64,000 nt of DNA, from positions 73,250,345-73,314,344 of the forward strand of contig NC_083405.1 in the NCBI RefSeq assembly GCF_020745735.1. The letters run 5' to 3'. Both the position numbers and the translations under genes were made by a program. Below, piece by piece: positions 1 to 12,849 of the stretch; within the stretch, counting starts at the first letter, position 1; each line of letters begins with the position of its first letter. Under the pieces are notes generated by a model. The model was not told the DNA's origin and searched no databases. It saw only the letters and a program-made list of their open reading frames with translations. This DNA is from Hemiscyllium ocellatum. Its lineage: Eukaryota.

Positions 1-132
1 AACACTCCACCTTTGAGCAAGTTCTGCATCCAAATGGCTAGTTCTCCCTGTATTCCATGAGATCTAACCTTCCGCTCAGTCTCCCATGAGGAACCTTGTC
101 GAACACCTTACTGAAGTCCATACAGATCACTC
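1..132 (-). mobile_element. CR1 LINE reverse-transcriptase fragment
   Basis: Minus strand encodes MDFSKVFDKVPHGRL, a CR1 RT motif. Confidence 0.8.
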
Positions 133-149
133 TTTCTATATCTAGTCAT

Positions 150-1950
150 GTATGGTGGTGGACAATGGAACAACTCACTGGAGGAAGTGGCTTCATAAAT
201 ATCCCCATCCTCAATGATGGATGAGTCCAGCACATCAGTGCAAAAGACAAGGCTGATGCATCTGCAACAGTCTTCGGTCAGAAGTGCCTAGTGCTAATCC
301 ATCTCAGGGTCCTCTAGTGGGCCCCAGCATCACAGATACCAGTCTCCAGCCAATTCGATTTACTCCACGTGATATCAAGAAATGGCAGAAGGCAGTGGAT
401 TCTGCAAACGCAATGGGCCCTGATAACATTCCAGCAATAGTACTGAAGGTTTTGCTCCATAACTTGCTGCTCCCCTAGCCAAGCTCTTCCAGTACAGTTA
501 GAATACTGGCATTTACCCGATAATATGGAAAATTGCCCAGGTATGTCCTGTACACAAAAACCAGGACAAATCCAACCCAGCCAATTATTGCCCAATCAGT
601 CTACTCCCCATCATCAGTAAAGTGATGGAAGAGATTATCAACAGTGCTATCAAGCAACACTTCCTCAGCAACAACCCGTTCAGTGATGCCAAGTTTGGGT
701 TTTGCCAGGGTCACTCAGCTCCTGATCTCATTACAGCCTTAGTTCAAACATGGACAAAAGAGCTGAATTTCAGAGGTGAGGTGATACTGACAGCCCTTGA
801 CATCAAGGCTGCATTTAACTGAGTATAGCATCAAGGAACCCTGGCAAAACTGGATCAATGGATATCAGAGGACAAACATTCTGCGGGTTAGAGCCATTCC
901 CGGCACAAAGAAAGATGGTCACAAAGATAGATGGTTGTGGTTATGGAGGGTCAGTCATCTCAGCTCCAGGACATCTCTGCGGGAGTCCTCAGGATAGTGT
1001 CCTCGGCCCAAAAAGATTCAGCTGCTTCATCAATGACCTTCCCTCTGTCATAAGGTTGGAATGTTCGCTGATGATTGCACAGTGTTCCGCACCATTCACG
1101 ACTCCTCAGACACTGAAGCAGTCATGCTCAAATGCAACAATATCTGGACAATGTCCAGGCTTGGGCCAACAGGTGGCAAGTAACATTCGCACCACACAAA
1201 TGCCAGACAATGGCCATCATCAATAAGAGACACTCTAACCACTGCCTCTTGATATTTAGTTGTATTACCATCACTGAATCCTCCACTGCCAACATTGTTG
1301 GGGTTAACATTGACTGGAAGCTCCACTGGACTCACCACTTAAACACAATGGCTACAAGAGCTGGTCAGAGACTAGGGATACTGCGGCGAGTAACTCACCT
1401 CCTGACACCCCAAACTCTATCCACCATCTACAAGGCAGCTGTCAGGAATGTGATGGAATACTCTTCACTTGCCTGGATAGGTGAAGCTCCAATAACACTC
1501 AAGAAGCTTGACATCATTCAGGACAAAGCAACCTGCTTGATTGGCATCACATCTACAAACATTCAATCCCTCTACCACCAGTGCTCAGAGGCAGCAGTGT
1601 GCACTATCTACAAGATGCACTGCAGCAATTCACCAAAGATTCTTAGACAGCAGCTTCCAAACCCAGGACCACTTCCACCTAGAAGGACAAGGGCACCAGG
1701 TACTCGGGAACACCACCACCTGCGAGTTCCTCTCCAAATTACTCACTGCCCTGACTTGGAAATATACTGCCATTGCTTCACAGGTGTTGGGTCAAAATCC
1801 TGGAATTCTCTCCCTACCGACATTGTGGGTCAACCCACAGCAAGTGGACTGCAGCTATTTAATAGGGCAACTCACCACCGCTTTCTCAAGGGCAAACAGG
1901 GATGGGCTATTAATGTTGGCCAGCTAGAGACGCCCAACTCCCACAAACAA
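150..1950 (+). mobile_element. 5'-truncated non-LTR retrotransposon (CR1/L2 group), frameshifted RT and C-terminus
   Basis: Broken ORFs 284-478, 622-822, 858-1226 and 1132-1986 give GPDNIPAIVLK, FGFCQGHSAPDLITAL...TALDIKAAF, SVLGP..FSCFINDLP and YKAAVRNVMEYSS. Ends near an A-run at about 1945-1957. Confidence 0.9.
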
Positions 1951-1992
1951 AAAAAAACACTGAGGATATTCTGCCATGTTATATAGCAGCAC

Positions 1993-2660
1993 CATAGAAT
2001 ATAGAAGGTTACAGTGCAGTACAGGCCCTTCGGCCCTTGATGTTGCGCCAACCTGTGAAAATAACCTGTTGCCAATCCAACCTGCACTGTTCCATTATTA
2101 TCCATATATATGTCCAATGCCCATTGAAATGCCCTTAATCTTAGTGAGTCTGCTACTGTTGCAGGCAGGCCCCTACTACTCTCTGAATGAAGAAGCTATC
2201 CCGTATATCTGTCCTAAATCTATCACCCCTCAATTTAAAGCAATGTCCCCTTGTGTTAGCCTTCACCATCCGAGGAAAAAGGCTCTCACTGTCCACACTA
2301 TCTAACCCTCTGATTATCTTATATGTCTCTATTAAGTCACCTCTCAACCTTCTTCTCTCCAATGAAAATAGCCTCAGATCCCTCAGCCTTTCCTTGTCAA
2401 ACCTTCCTTCCATACCAGGCAACAACCTAGTAAATCTCCTCTGAAACCTTTCCAAAGCTTCCACAGCTTCCTACAATGCAGTGACCTGAACTGTATGCAC
2501 TACTCCAGGTACAACCTTACCAGTGTCTTGTACAGCTGAAGCATGATCCGTGGCTCCGAAACTCAATCCCCCAACAATAAATGCCAACACACCATCGCCC
2601 TTCTTAAGACCCCTATCATTCTGGATGGCAACTTTCAGGGATAAATGTGCAAACAGTGTA
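1993..2660 (-). mobile_element. CR1 LINE 3' end
   Basis: ORF 2153-2464(-): ALERFQRRFTRLLPGM...LFSLERRRLRGDLIETYKII...TRGH; (TTCTA)-type tail. Confidence 0.9.
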
Positions 2661-2684
2661 AACTTTGAACTATTCCAGAAAGAG

Positions 2685-3182
2685 AAAGTAAGGACTTCAG
2701 GTCGAGAGTGTGGTGCTGGAAAAGCACAGCAGGTTAGACAGCATACGAGGAGCAGGAGAATCGATGCTTGAGGCATAAGCCCTTAATTAGGAATGAATCT
2801 GGCAGAGGAGACAACCTGGGAGTGCAGTGAGAGAGGAACTCACTAAGACTTTTGTGGAGAGAGGAGGAGAACTTCTTGAAGGTATGCATCCTTGAAAGAG
2901 GCTTTGCAGTAAGGTTAAAATCAACTGAAGAAAGTGAGGACTGCGGATGCTGGAGATCAAAGTAAAGAGTGTGGTGCTGGAAAAGCACAGCAGAAGAAGG
3001 GCTTATGCCCAAAACGTCAAATCTCCTGTTCCTTGGATGCTGCCTGACCTGTTGCGCTTTTCCAGCAACACATTTTCAGCTCTGATCTCCAGCATCTGCA
3101 GTCCTCACTTTCTCCTCACAATAGATCAGGCAGCATCTGAGGAGCAGGAGAATCAATGTTTCGAGCATAAGCCCTTCATCAT
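2685..3182. mobile_element. Cluster of PLE (Neptune-type) pseudo-LTR pieces, including a probable ORF N-terminal fragment
   Basis: Four partial copies, in both orientations, of the GAGGACTGCAGATGCTGG...TTTCGGGCATAAGCCCTTCATC tail found at the 3' end of the GIY-YIG element at 37428. Confidence 0.8.
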
Positions 3183-3394
3183 CATATTCTCAAACTATTG
3201 CAGAAATTCAAGGCTGGACATCCATAAGGTGTTGTGGGCCAGCAGCTCCAGCTAATTTGTACTCGAGTACAACCTTTTTTTTAAATGAAGGCATATTTAA
3301 AATGAGATGAGGCAGAGTCTGTCCACCATAAACTGGGGAACTCTGTTAATAGGTAAAACAACTGAGGGATAGTAGAAGGTGTTCAAAGAAACAT

Positions 3395-3830
3395 TTAATT
3401 TACATAGAGAAAGGCTCCATGTTACAAATTTCTGCATTCTTTCTCTACGCAAATTATATTCAACTCTTCTATCCTTCCTGCTAAAGTGCATAATCGCACA
3501 CTTTCCCAAATTATATTCCATCTGCCAGTTTGCTCAATCACAACTTGTCAATACCCCTCTGAAGAACTCGTCCTCTTCATCACTATCTTCACATCTAATT
3601 ATGTGAGGTCCATAAACGTAGTTACAGGCTATTCACTTGCCTCTTCTAATGCATTAATACAGCAAATAACGGTGGCCCCAGCACTGATTCGCAGTGGTAC
3701 TCCACCAGTCACAGGCTGTCAAAGCTTTGGCAACGAATCGCTTTTCAGCAATTCCACACACACTTACTTTATTCATATTTGTGTAACCCAACTTTCTTAT
3801 ACCATGTAAATATATTTGATTCCGTACAGA
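3395..3830 (-). mobile_element. Degenerate CR1 RT fragment
   Basis: Minus strand WQMEYNLGKCAIMHFSRKDRRVEY; VTGGVPLRISAG (decayed GVPQGSVLG). Confidence 0.7.
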
Positions 3831-3856
3831 CATAACCTATTAGTATTCAGCTAGCC

Positions 3857-4255
3857 CATAGAACATAGAACATAGAAAAATACAGCACAGTACAGGCCTT
3901 TCGGTCCTCGATGTTGCGCCGACCGAAGCCTACCTAACCTACACTAGTCCAATAACCTCCATATGCTTATCCAATGCCCGCTTAAATGACCATAAAGAGG
4001 GAGAGTCCACCACTGCTACTGGCAGGGCATTCATGAACTCACAACCCGCTGAGTAAAGAATCTACCCCTAACATCTGTCCTATACCAACCTCCCCTTAAT
4101 TTAAAGCTGTGTCCCCTAGTAACAGCTGACTCCATTAGCGGAAAAAGGTTCTCACTGTCAACCCTATCTAAACTCCTAATCATCTTGTACACCTCTATCA
4201 AATCTCCCCAAAACCTTCTTTTCTCCAATGAGAACAGCCCCAAGTGTCTCAGCCC
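3857..4255 (-). mobile_element. CR1 LINE 3' end with (CATAGAA)n tail
   Basis: LGLFSLEKRRFWGDLIEVYKMIR...TRGHSFKLRGG...RFFTQRVV; tandem CATAGAA at 3857-3877. Confidence 0.9.
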
Positions 4256-5360
4256 AGTTCCAACAGAGTAAACCAAATCCTTATCTCGATTGTTGAGCTA
4301 TTATGTAAAGTAAATTCAGATTGATGACAATAATGAAATATTTGTCGCTCAAGTTCTTTCTCTGCACAGTACTATTAAAACAGTTGTTCAGACCTAGCAC
4401 AAGTATTTTAAGTCTTGACCTTCAATTTCCATATATATCTGTTAGTTTTCTATAACTATATGTATTATTTGTTTGCATATCTTCAATTCATCTTGATTTG
4501 TTATTCTGCTCAAATTTTGAATAGTCTGAGCTGACTTGTGCCAACTGTACTCTGTCTGAAACCCAAGACAGACAGGCAGACAGGTCAGTAGCAAACTGTC
4601 ACAAAAGGTTGAGCCAAGAACTGTGTGGACCTGGTTCCACTTAGATTGAATATTTAGTAATAACATAGGCATTATCTTCCGTGGGGAGATGGTTCAGTCT
4701 GCAACACTAAGTATGCACAGCAATATTACTACCAATCATTTACTGTTCAATAAATCTGTTTGGTATTTAAAGGCAAAGCCACAGTTTTATGGAAAGTTTA
4801 ACTGACTCATAATCTGCCAGCAGAGCAATGAACAATTTCCAGTGGCTGTAGATTTGCCCTTTCATGCTTAACCAAGCCTACATTTTTGCTACAAGTTGCT
4901 GAATGAGTGTAAAATAATAACAGCATAGCAAGGGAAACTGGATATCTGGCAGCTGATAGAACAGGGAAAACCACTGCTTATCTTCTTGATCAAGATTAAA
5001 GGCTGGTTAAATTAAAATCAGAAGAACGGAAAAGGATATACAGCATAAATTGCACTGCAAATTCAATGTCAAAGTAGGTACAGAAAGAGAAATAAGAAGG
5101 GCAAAAGAGAAAAATGGAAAAAAGTTTGAACCTTAGAATTTTACACTGTTATAGTCTCCAAAATTAATTGTATCCAATATGGATACAAATCCATACTTGC
5201 TCATCATTACCTTTCCAAGGATAGTTGGGCTGAACAATAAGCAATGTCACATTCAGTGAAAAAAATTTGCTTTGTGGGAGATATACATTGGCAGCAATGT
5301 ATACTCACGTCTAAAAAAAAATGTGACAGTCAATCCAGACCTATATTAAACCAAAATTGC

Positions 5361-5459
5361 TTCTGTGTTCTGAAGAAGGGTTACAATTGAACCGCCAACT
5401 TATGCACCTCCTGATGCTGTCTGGCTTTCTTCCAGCTTCCGGCCTATCTATTCTGTGTT
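5361..5459 (+). mobile_element. Short decayed PLE tail with 9-bp direct flank
   Basis: Begins GTTCTGAAGAAGGG; TTCTGTGTT occurs at both 5361 and 5451. Confidence 0.45.
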
Positions 5460-6029
5460 AATTGTAGCAGCTTTGCATTTCTGTGATACGTTCAGTTCAA
5501 ATACATTGAACAAATACAGCAACCTCATACTATTCAATGTATTACAATGGTTAGTTAAATGTGAGATACTATTTTTAAGCTAAGAGAATAACTTTTGAAT
5601 GCTGTGTTAAATAGTGTCTGCTTGCCTAAAGTTACTGCAGTATTTGTGCATGAACAATGGTGAGTCCAATTACCTCGCCATAAATTTTACAGAAAATTAT
5701 TGACTATTGTATTACCTTCTAAAAAGAACTGCATGTGCTACCAGGCTTTTTAATCATTTTGTTCTGAGCTCTGGGAAATGCTGGCAAAACTACGCATAAT
5801 GCCAGAGGACCATGTTTTGAATAGGTCGTGGGGAGAGTGGTGTTTCACAATTGTGAAAGAGTTCTTTTGTATGGCTCCATGTTATGTGCATGTGTGACTT
5901 GAATGATACACTGGATCTGATGGTGTTCATCTTGCTTTGCTGCATTTTCCTTATTGATGAAAAAGCAGTTGTATAGGAATGTTACTGAATATTAGGAAAA
6001 CTAAAGCGATAGTTTTCAGTTCCTGCTCC

Positions 6030-6610
6030 AAATTCCATTTTCTTGAAATGCCAATTCCACTCCTCTCCCTGGTAACAACCTGAAATCAAAGCAAACTAAT
6101 CTGTTGCAATTATATTTCACCCCAAGATGGCTGTCAACCATATTCATACCACCACCAAAACAGCCAAGTTTAATCTTTGTAGCACTGTGCAACTTCGGTA
6201 CTGCCACAACACATCTCCCGCAACTTTTATCCTTGCCTTGTTCCATCTTCATTCGACTGTTCCAAAGCTCTGCTACCTTTAAAATCCCTCTTTTCATAAT
6301 CTTGATGTTAGCTTAAGCTGTAGTGCCCACGTCTTAACAAGCAGCCGTTCCTATTCACCTATCACACCTGTGCTCTATATAGGCTTCCAATCAACAACAC
6401 CTTGATATTAAAATTCACATTTTCTTTTTACAAATCCCTCCATGGCCTTATTGCACTTGATCTGAGTAATTTCCTTGACGCTCACAACCTTCTGAGACAT
6501 TTTCACTCCTGAGTTCATGGCGGTCCCCAATTGTAATCACTTCACCAGTGGTGGCAATGCCTACAGCTTCCTTAGCCCGAAGGACTAGCATTCCATCCCA
6601 TACTTTTTCA
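6030..6610 (+). mobile_element. Old L2 LINE 3' region
   Basis: Decayed SPITPVL...LDIKI..FYKSLHGL...TSGGNAYSFLSP, typical of the L2 ORF2 C-terminus. Confidence 0.6.
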
Positions 6611-6829
6611 CATTTTAAAGTCATAAAGTCTTGTGTGTTAAATTGATAACAATTTTTTTAGTTATGTCTATCATAAAGTAAGTGGCAAGTAAACACTGGG
6701 AATAAGATATCCAGTTAGTGCTAAAATATTAACTTGAACAACCACTATTAAAGGGAAACTAGCCATTGCTCAAATGTAATTCAGAACAAAAAGAGTATGA
6801 ATTAATATCAAAAGGAATTAAGGATTTAT

Positions 6830-7470
6830 TTTGTCCCTTTCACATCATCAAAACCTCAGATGCTTTTAAATTATAGTCACAGTTGTAGTGAAATGCAGCT
6901 TCCTATCTCTGCACGGCAAGTTTTCACAATAATAAATTAAATAAATCAGCAGATAAATCTTTCTTAGGTCTTAATTGAGGAACTAATATTGATGTGGGCA
7001 ACAAAGCTTCCTGATCTTTTTCAAGTAGTGTTTTGATGTCCAACTCGGAGTTTGGCATAACATCTCATTAACAAAGCAGTGGCCCTGAGAGTGAAAAGTT
7101 TAATTAGTACTACAAAAAAGTTAAAAATCACACAACACCAAGTTATAGTCCAACAGATACACAAACAGTAATTCAGGTTTGTTCAATATATCATTTCAGT
7201 TGCATGGCATTGTGATCTTTTGCTATAAATTCTGTGTCATATGATCCTGCTCCACAGTTACTTGATGAAGGAGCAGCGCTTCGAAAGCTAGTACTTTCAA
7301 ATAAACCTGTTGGACTATAACCTGGTGTTGTGTGAATTTTAACTTTCTCCACCCAGTTCAACACCAGCACCTCCACATCATGGCTACAAAATGTGTCAGC
7401 CTAAGATCATGTGCTCATATCTGTGGAGTGTGGCTTGAATCCTTTTGATTCAAAAGAGAAAGTGCTACCA
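6830..7470 (-). mobile_element. Deu-domain SINE (SacSINE1-like), interrupted by a PLE piece
   Basis: Resembles the Deu core (GCAGC..T.TGCAC.GCAAG...CACAA); reverse-complement tRNA-like head GGAGTGTGGCTTGAATCC...GTGCTACCA near 7425-7470. Confidence 0.55.
7115..7385 (+). mobile_element. PLE 3' piece with short inverted arm (AGCU-palindrome hammerhead lineage)
   Basis: AAAATCACACAACACCAAGTTATAGTCCAACAG at 7123 is the inverse of CTGTTGGACTATAACCTGGTGTTGTGTG at about 7307; hammerhead-like motif at 7258-7293. Confidence 0.7.
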
Positions 7471-7502
7471 TGTAAATATCTTGAATGAGCAGGAGGCAGA
7501 CT

Positions 7503-7646
7503 ATGTTAAGCGGGCATTGGATAGGCATTTGGAAGTTATTGGGCTAGTATAGGTTAGGTAGGATTCGGTCGGCGCAACATCGAGGGCCGAAGGGCCTGTA
7601 CTGCGCTGTATCCTTCTATGTTCTATGTTCTATGTTCTATGTTATT
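7503..7646 (+). mobile_element. CR1 3' UTR tail
   Basis: Reverse complement of the 3857-3980 tail; ends in (TATGTTC)n. Confidence 0.85.
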
Positions 7647-7839
7647 CTGAAAAATTAAACTGTTGACAACATAGAAGAGTATTTTTGGCCATGGATATTC
7701 AGAGGCCCAGAATTAAAAACTTAAAAGAAAGCTACAGACAGGGCAATGGTATCCATGATGGATTCAAAAGGTTCTTACCCAGGTAAGTTAGTGTATTCCA
7801 CTCAAATATAATATATGTCAATTATGTCATCTATGAACT

Positions 7840-8570
7840 GGTGTTCAGTTTCTGAGTGAGTACACACAGAAGCATTCCGATCCACCAGGTTAGTCTTCAG
7901 CTGACTGAGGAAAAGAATATTTGAGAACAGGATCTCAGTTCTGAGGCTCAGGTCACAGTTCACCAGACAGCAATAATTCCCATGCTCCGACATGTTTTGG
8001 AGATTTGTACAACCTACAACAGGTACTTCAGATCACCAGAGAAGAAACGTCAGCATTTTCTTTCCAAGGTTCTTCAAATTTACCGGCAGTGTCCTCAAGG
8101 CCAAGCTGCCCAGCATTTAGTCACTAATCATTTGAAATCAATTCTGCTGAGCAGACAGAAATGTTATTCAAATGACTGATACCAGACTCTGTAATCAACT
8201 GTTGTATTTGAAACTTGCTCAGGCCAAGAGATTCCCATGGAGGAGAACCGAATTACTTCAGGAACACACTCGAAACAAAATTAAAGTCGTCAAATAACTC
8301 ATGGGGGTCCCTGGTTTGTGGCTAACCAAAATGGAGAATGATTATCTGATAAGGCATCAAACACATTGAGAAAGTGTGTCAGGGGCATGCAGAGACAAGA
8401 TCGAGGTAGCAAGGAGAATGGACAAACCTTCAAACACCTCATCTACTCAATTCTTCAAGTACTACCTGCCCTGCCTGTGGCAGAGTTTGTAGATCTCATC
8501 AGCCAACTCTGAACCGCTTGAACTTAAACAAAAGCAAGTTATCCTCACGAGAGAGATTCTCCAAGATATG
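7840..8570 (+). mobile_element. Old RTE-clade LINE C-terminal fragment
   Basis: Decayed LRKRIFE...AIIPMLRHVLEICTTYNRYFRSPEKKRQHFLSKVLQI...MTDTRLCNQLLYLKL, matching the RTE/BovB-type ORF end. Confidence 0.7.
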
Positions 8571-9321
8571 AAAGAATGAGATATGTAACCACAAAGACAT
8601 CAGAAAATGATGAGCCCGGATTGTATGGCACCCCTTTCTCTGCACATTAGCGACAAAAGGTGAAATGCTAGAGAGAATAATATTGATTTAAATCAATGGA
8701 AAACTTAAAATCTTGCAAAATGTCTATATATTAATGTGGCAAGGGCAGTTATAGATCACTGTAGAGCAAGAATAAGTATAAACTTTTGTGGCCGCACACA
8801 TACAGTGAGAACCTTGCAGTTTGGATGAGCCAGATAAAACAGGAGTGCCCCAAACAGAGAGAAGTGAACATTTAAGTCACAAACTTGGGGTGAATTTTCA
8901 CCATAAAGGCAGTGCACAGGAGCTGGCTTGTACTGGATCTGAAACTCATCACATCTGGGAAGCTCAGGAAAGTTCAGATTTTCAGAAGAGCTAGAGGGCT
9001 GGTAAGCTGAGTAGGGCAGCTCTCACTGAATCAATAAAGACCTGGGTCTTAATACTTGAGGCTACTTAAAAGAGAAGAAAGGACCTTTTCCTCAAGGGTG
9101 ATAGAAGGTCGCCTTGTTGTGCAGCATGGGTCCGTTTTAATGAGTATCATATCCCTCTACCTTCAATTCCTCCATTCTTACTTCATTGTTGGAAATAGCC
9201 TTAGAACCTTAAAGCTCAAGAAATTTGCTGAACTCTCATAGAAACAGCCTTTCCCTTTTGCTCCCTTATTAGGAAATCTTCGACAGCAGCCTGCTGCAGA
9301 ACAGCATAATAAAATAACACC

Positions 9322-9450
9322 AAACAACTGCGGATGCTGGAAATCTGAATTATAAACAAAATGTCCTACAGAAACATAGTAAGTCTGGCAGCACATGTAG
9401 ATAGAAAAACAGGGTTAATGTTTTGAGTACAGAGACCATTTGTCAGCGCA
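9322..9450 (-). mobile_element. Short decayed PLE tail
   Basis: AACTGCGGATGCTGGAAATCTGAA...TCTGGCAGCAC...GGTTAATGTTTTGAGT, similar to 25850-25960 and 34100-34200. Confidence 0.55.
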
Positions 9451-9555
9451 GCATAGACATGATATCTCTGCCAAAGTCACGTTTCTGGCATACGCTCTGA
9501 AATAAGACCTCACATAACCTGATAAATCTCAGGGCTCATATGCAAACCAATTAAG

Positions 9556-10578
9556 TGCTGGATGAGAGTTTGCTTGCTGAGCTTGAAGGTTCATTTTCAG
9601 ACGTTTCATCACGATACTAGGTAACATCATCAACGGGTCTCCGGTGAAGCACTAGTGGTATTGGCCACTTTTTATTTATGTATTTAAGTTTCCTTGGGTT
9701 GATGATGTCATTTCCTGTGGTGATATCACTTTCTGTTATTTTTCTCAGGGGATGGTAAATGAGGTCCAAGTCAGTGTGTTTGTTGATCGAATTCCGGTTG
9801 GAGTGCTATGCTATTTGGAATTCTCGCGTGTGTCTCTGTTTGGCTTGTCCGAAGATGGATGTGTTTTCCTGGTTGAAGTGGTATCCTTTCTCATCTATAT
9901 GTAAAGGTAATAGAGAGTGGATCATTTCATTTTGTGGCTAGTAAGTATTCATGTATACTGGTGGCCAGTTTCCTGCCTGTTTGTCCAATGTAGTGTTTGT
10001 AACAGTTCTTGCAAGGTATTTTATAAATGACATTAGTTTTGCTTGTTGTCTGTATAGGGTCTTTCAAGTTCATTTATTTACAACCTCCAGAACTGTTACA
10101 AACACTATGTTGGACAAACAGACAAAAAACTGGAATACATGATACGACAGGATACATGGACAACAACTAGCCACAAAAAGACATGACTCACTCTCACTAG
10201 TATCTTTACATACAGTTGACGAAGGACCCTACTTCACCTGGGACAACACATCCATCCTAGGACAAGCCAAACAGAGACACACACGAGAGTTCCTAGGAGC
10301 ATGGCACTCCAATTGGAACTCTATTTACACTCACATTGGCTTGGCTCCCTTTTACCACCCACTAAGAAAAAGAACAGGAAATGATGTCACTGTAGGAAAT
10401 GACATCAGCAACCCAAGGAAACCTAAAAAGCTGGCCATACCACCAATGCTTCATCGGAGGCTTACTGATGATGTTACCTAGTATGGTGACAAAACATCTG
10501 AAAATGAACCTTCCAGCTCAGCGAGCAAACTTACATCCAGAACCTCAAGCTGAGCTACAAATCTTCTCAAAACCCACT
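9556..10578. mobile_element. PLE (Poseidon-type), GIY-YIG endonuclease plus pseudo-LTR arranged as inverted arms
   Basis: Left arm (-) encodes KDPIQTTSKTNVIYKIPCKNCYKHYIGQTGRKLAT; right arm (+, about 10088-10578) repeats NCYKHYVGQT...WDNTSILGQAKQRHTREFLGAWHS and the tail. Confidence 0.9.
10462..10501 (+). ncRNA. Hammerhead ribozyme motif, mutated (G12>A)
   Basis: tta CTGATGA T GTTACC tagtat GGTGAC AAAA CATC tga. The inverted arm near 9598-9635 retains GAAACGTC. Confidence 0.65.
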
Positions 10579-10949
10579 ACCAACTAATAAAGCTAATTTA
10601 CAAGACACAAGCTGAAAGGATTTTATACTAAATAGTTTGTGTTAGGTTCATTTGCATGGAAAATTAAGGAAAAAGTTAAAGGTGAGAGGGTTCAGGGGAG
10701 GTTGGAATTAGAATTAGTTTTTATTGTCACATATACTCAAGTACATAGATACAGGAGTACTGTGAAAAATGTACAATGTCACCATTGCTGGGGCCATCTT
10801 GGGTACAAATGGTACGCAGGTAAAAACTCTTAGGTACAAAGTAGTAAAATAACAAAACAAAGTTAAAAGTTCAACATTGTGGTCCTCCTTGAGTGCTTAC
10901 CCATGCTGAGCTCGCACTCCCTCCAAGGATTATTCAACTTCTTAGAAGT

Positions 10950-12820
10950 AGCAATTGGACAGAGAGTATGGAAAAGAACTTCAGGCACAACAGATAAAGG
11001 GACAATGATGAGAAGGGTGCAATCAATGCAGGACTAAGGGTGTTGTACTTAAATGCACACACTATATGAAACAAGGTAAATGAGTGCATTGTATAGATTG
11101 AAACTGGAAGGTAAGATGTTGTGGATGTCAGACAGACATGGCTGCAAGGAAATCAGGGCTGGGAACTGAATGTCCAAGGACACATGACCTATTGAAATGA
11201 CAGGTGGACGGCCAGAGGGTGAATGCTTGCTTTGTTAGTAATAAATGAAACTAAATTCATAGCAAGAAGCAATATACGATCAGAAGCATAGAAACTATGT
11301 TGGCAGAGTCGAGGAACACGAAAGAAAAAGAATGCTCCGATGGGAGTTGTGAACAGCTCCCAGCAGTAATCCCAAAAGATGCAGGGCAGAAACTAAATCA
11401 GAGGATAGAAAAGGCATGCAAGAAAAGTATTATTACGATAAGCATGAGGGACTTTAAGAAGCGGGTGGACTTGGAAAATCAGGTTGGTAGCGGATCTCAA
11501 GAAAAGGAATTTATGAAATATCTGTGAGATGGTTTTCTGGAGCAATTTATGAGCAAGCTCATAAAGGAACAGGCAATTCTGGATTTGGTGATGTGCAATG
11601 AATCAGACTTGATTAGGGAGCTTCAGGTGAAGGAACACTTAAAGGCCAGTGACCATATCTTTGAATTCACCATGCAGTCTGAGGAAGAGAAGCCGGAATT
11701 CTATGTAACAGGATTACAATTGAGGAAAGGTAACTTCAGACACATGAGGGAGGACCTGATCAGAGTTGATTGGAAGTTGAGCCTCTGAAGGAAGATGATT
11801 AAGCAGGAATGGCAAGAGTTTCTTGGGGTAATTCAGGATGCACAGTTGAAATTCATCCAAGGAAGAAGAATCCAGATGGGTATATGAATGGGAAGGGTTT
11901 GGAGGGATACGGGGCAGGTGCTGGCAAGTGGGACTAGATTAGGTTGGGATATCTCATCAGCATGGATGAGTTAGACTAAAGGGTCTGTTTCTGTGCTGTA
12001 CATCTCTATGACTCTCAACATACTAAGAGGAGGTTAAGCAACCATGACTGACAAAAATAAATCATGGTCAGCATAAAAAAAACATATACAATTTGGTGAA
12101 GTTTATTAGGAAGTCAGAGGACTGGCAAGCCTGCAAAATCCAGCAAAGATAAATAAAAAAAAACAAAGTGGGGTAGAATATGAAAGGAGAGGGAACTAAC
12201 CAATAATATTTTAAAAAGTTGCTGTAGTTTTTTTTAAAGGTATCTAAAAGTCAAGGGAGAGGCATTGTACTGCTGGGAAATGAGACTGGAGACATAACAC
12301 TGGGGAACAAAGAAACATTGCAGGAACTGAATTGTTATTTTGCATCGGTTTTCACAGTGGATGACACCAGTAGCATACCAGAACTTCAAGAGAGTCAAGG
12401 GGCAGAGGTTAGGGTAGTGGCCAACACTAAGGAGAAAGTACTGGGGAATCTGAAAGCTTTTAAGGTTAATCACCGAAACCAGATGAACAATATCTCAAAT
12501 TTCTGAAGGAGATAGCTAAGAAGGTTGTGGAGGCATTGGTGATGGTCTTTCAGGAACAGTGGAGTCACAGAGGGTCTCAGAGGACTTGAAAATGGCTAAT
12601 GTAATATCCCTGTTTAGAAGGAACAGAGGCAGAAGACAGGAAATTATTGACGAGTTAGCCTGACCTTGCTCATTGATAAGATTTTAGAGTTCATTATTAA
12701 GGACAAGATGGCAGAGTACTTGGAAGTGCATGGCAAAATCAACACTGCTTCGAGGCCATACCTGATAAATCGATTATAATTCTTTGAGGAGGTAACAAAC
12801 AATTTAGACCAAGGAGACCC
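10950..12820 (+). mobile_element. CR1 LINE, AP endonuclease to start of RT, degenerate
   Basis: VLYLNAHTI*NKVNE, QAILDLVMCNESDLIRELQVKEHLKASDH, ELNCYFASVFT, FFEEVTN. A CR1 3' tail is nested at about 11870-12016. Confidence 0.9.
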
Positions 12821-12849
12821 CGCCCCCAACAAAAGTTCTGGGCTCACCC

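Noticed and set aside
1132-1986. Longest ORF (284 aa) as a host gene
   Set aside because: It is the C-terminal part of a frameshifted LINE ORF2.
4442-4595. Strong-looking minus-strand acceptor (TACTGAC...TTTCAG) at about 4557; a similar one at about 28635
   Set aside because: No convincing donor or recognisable peptide downstream; needs RNA-seq.
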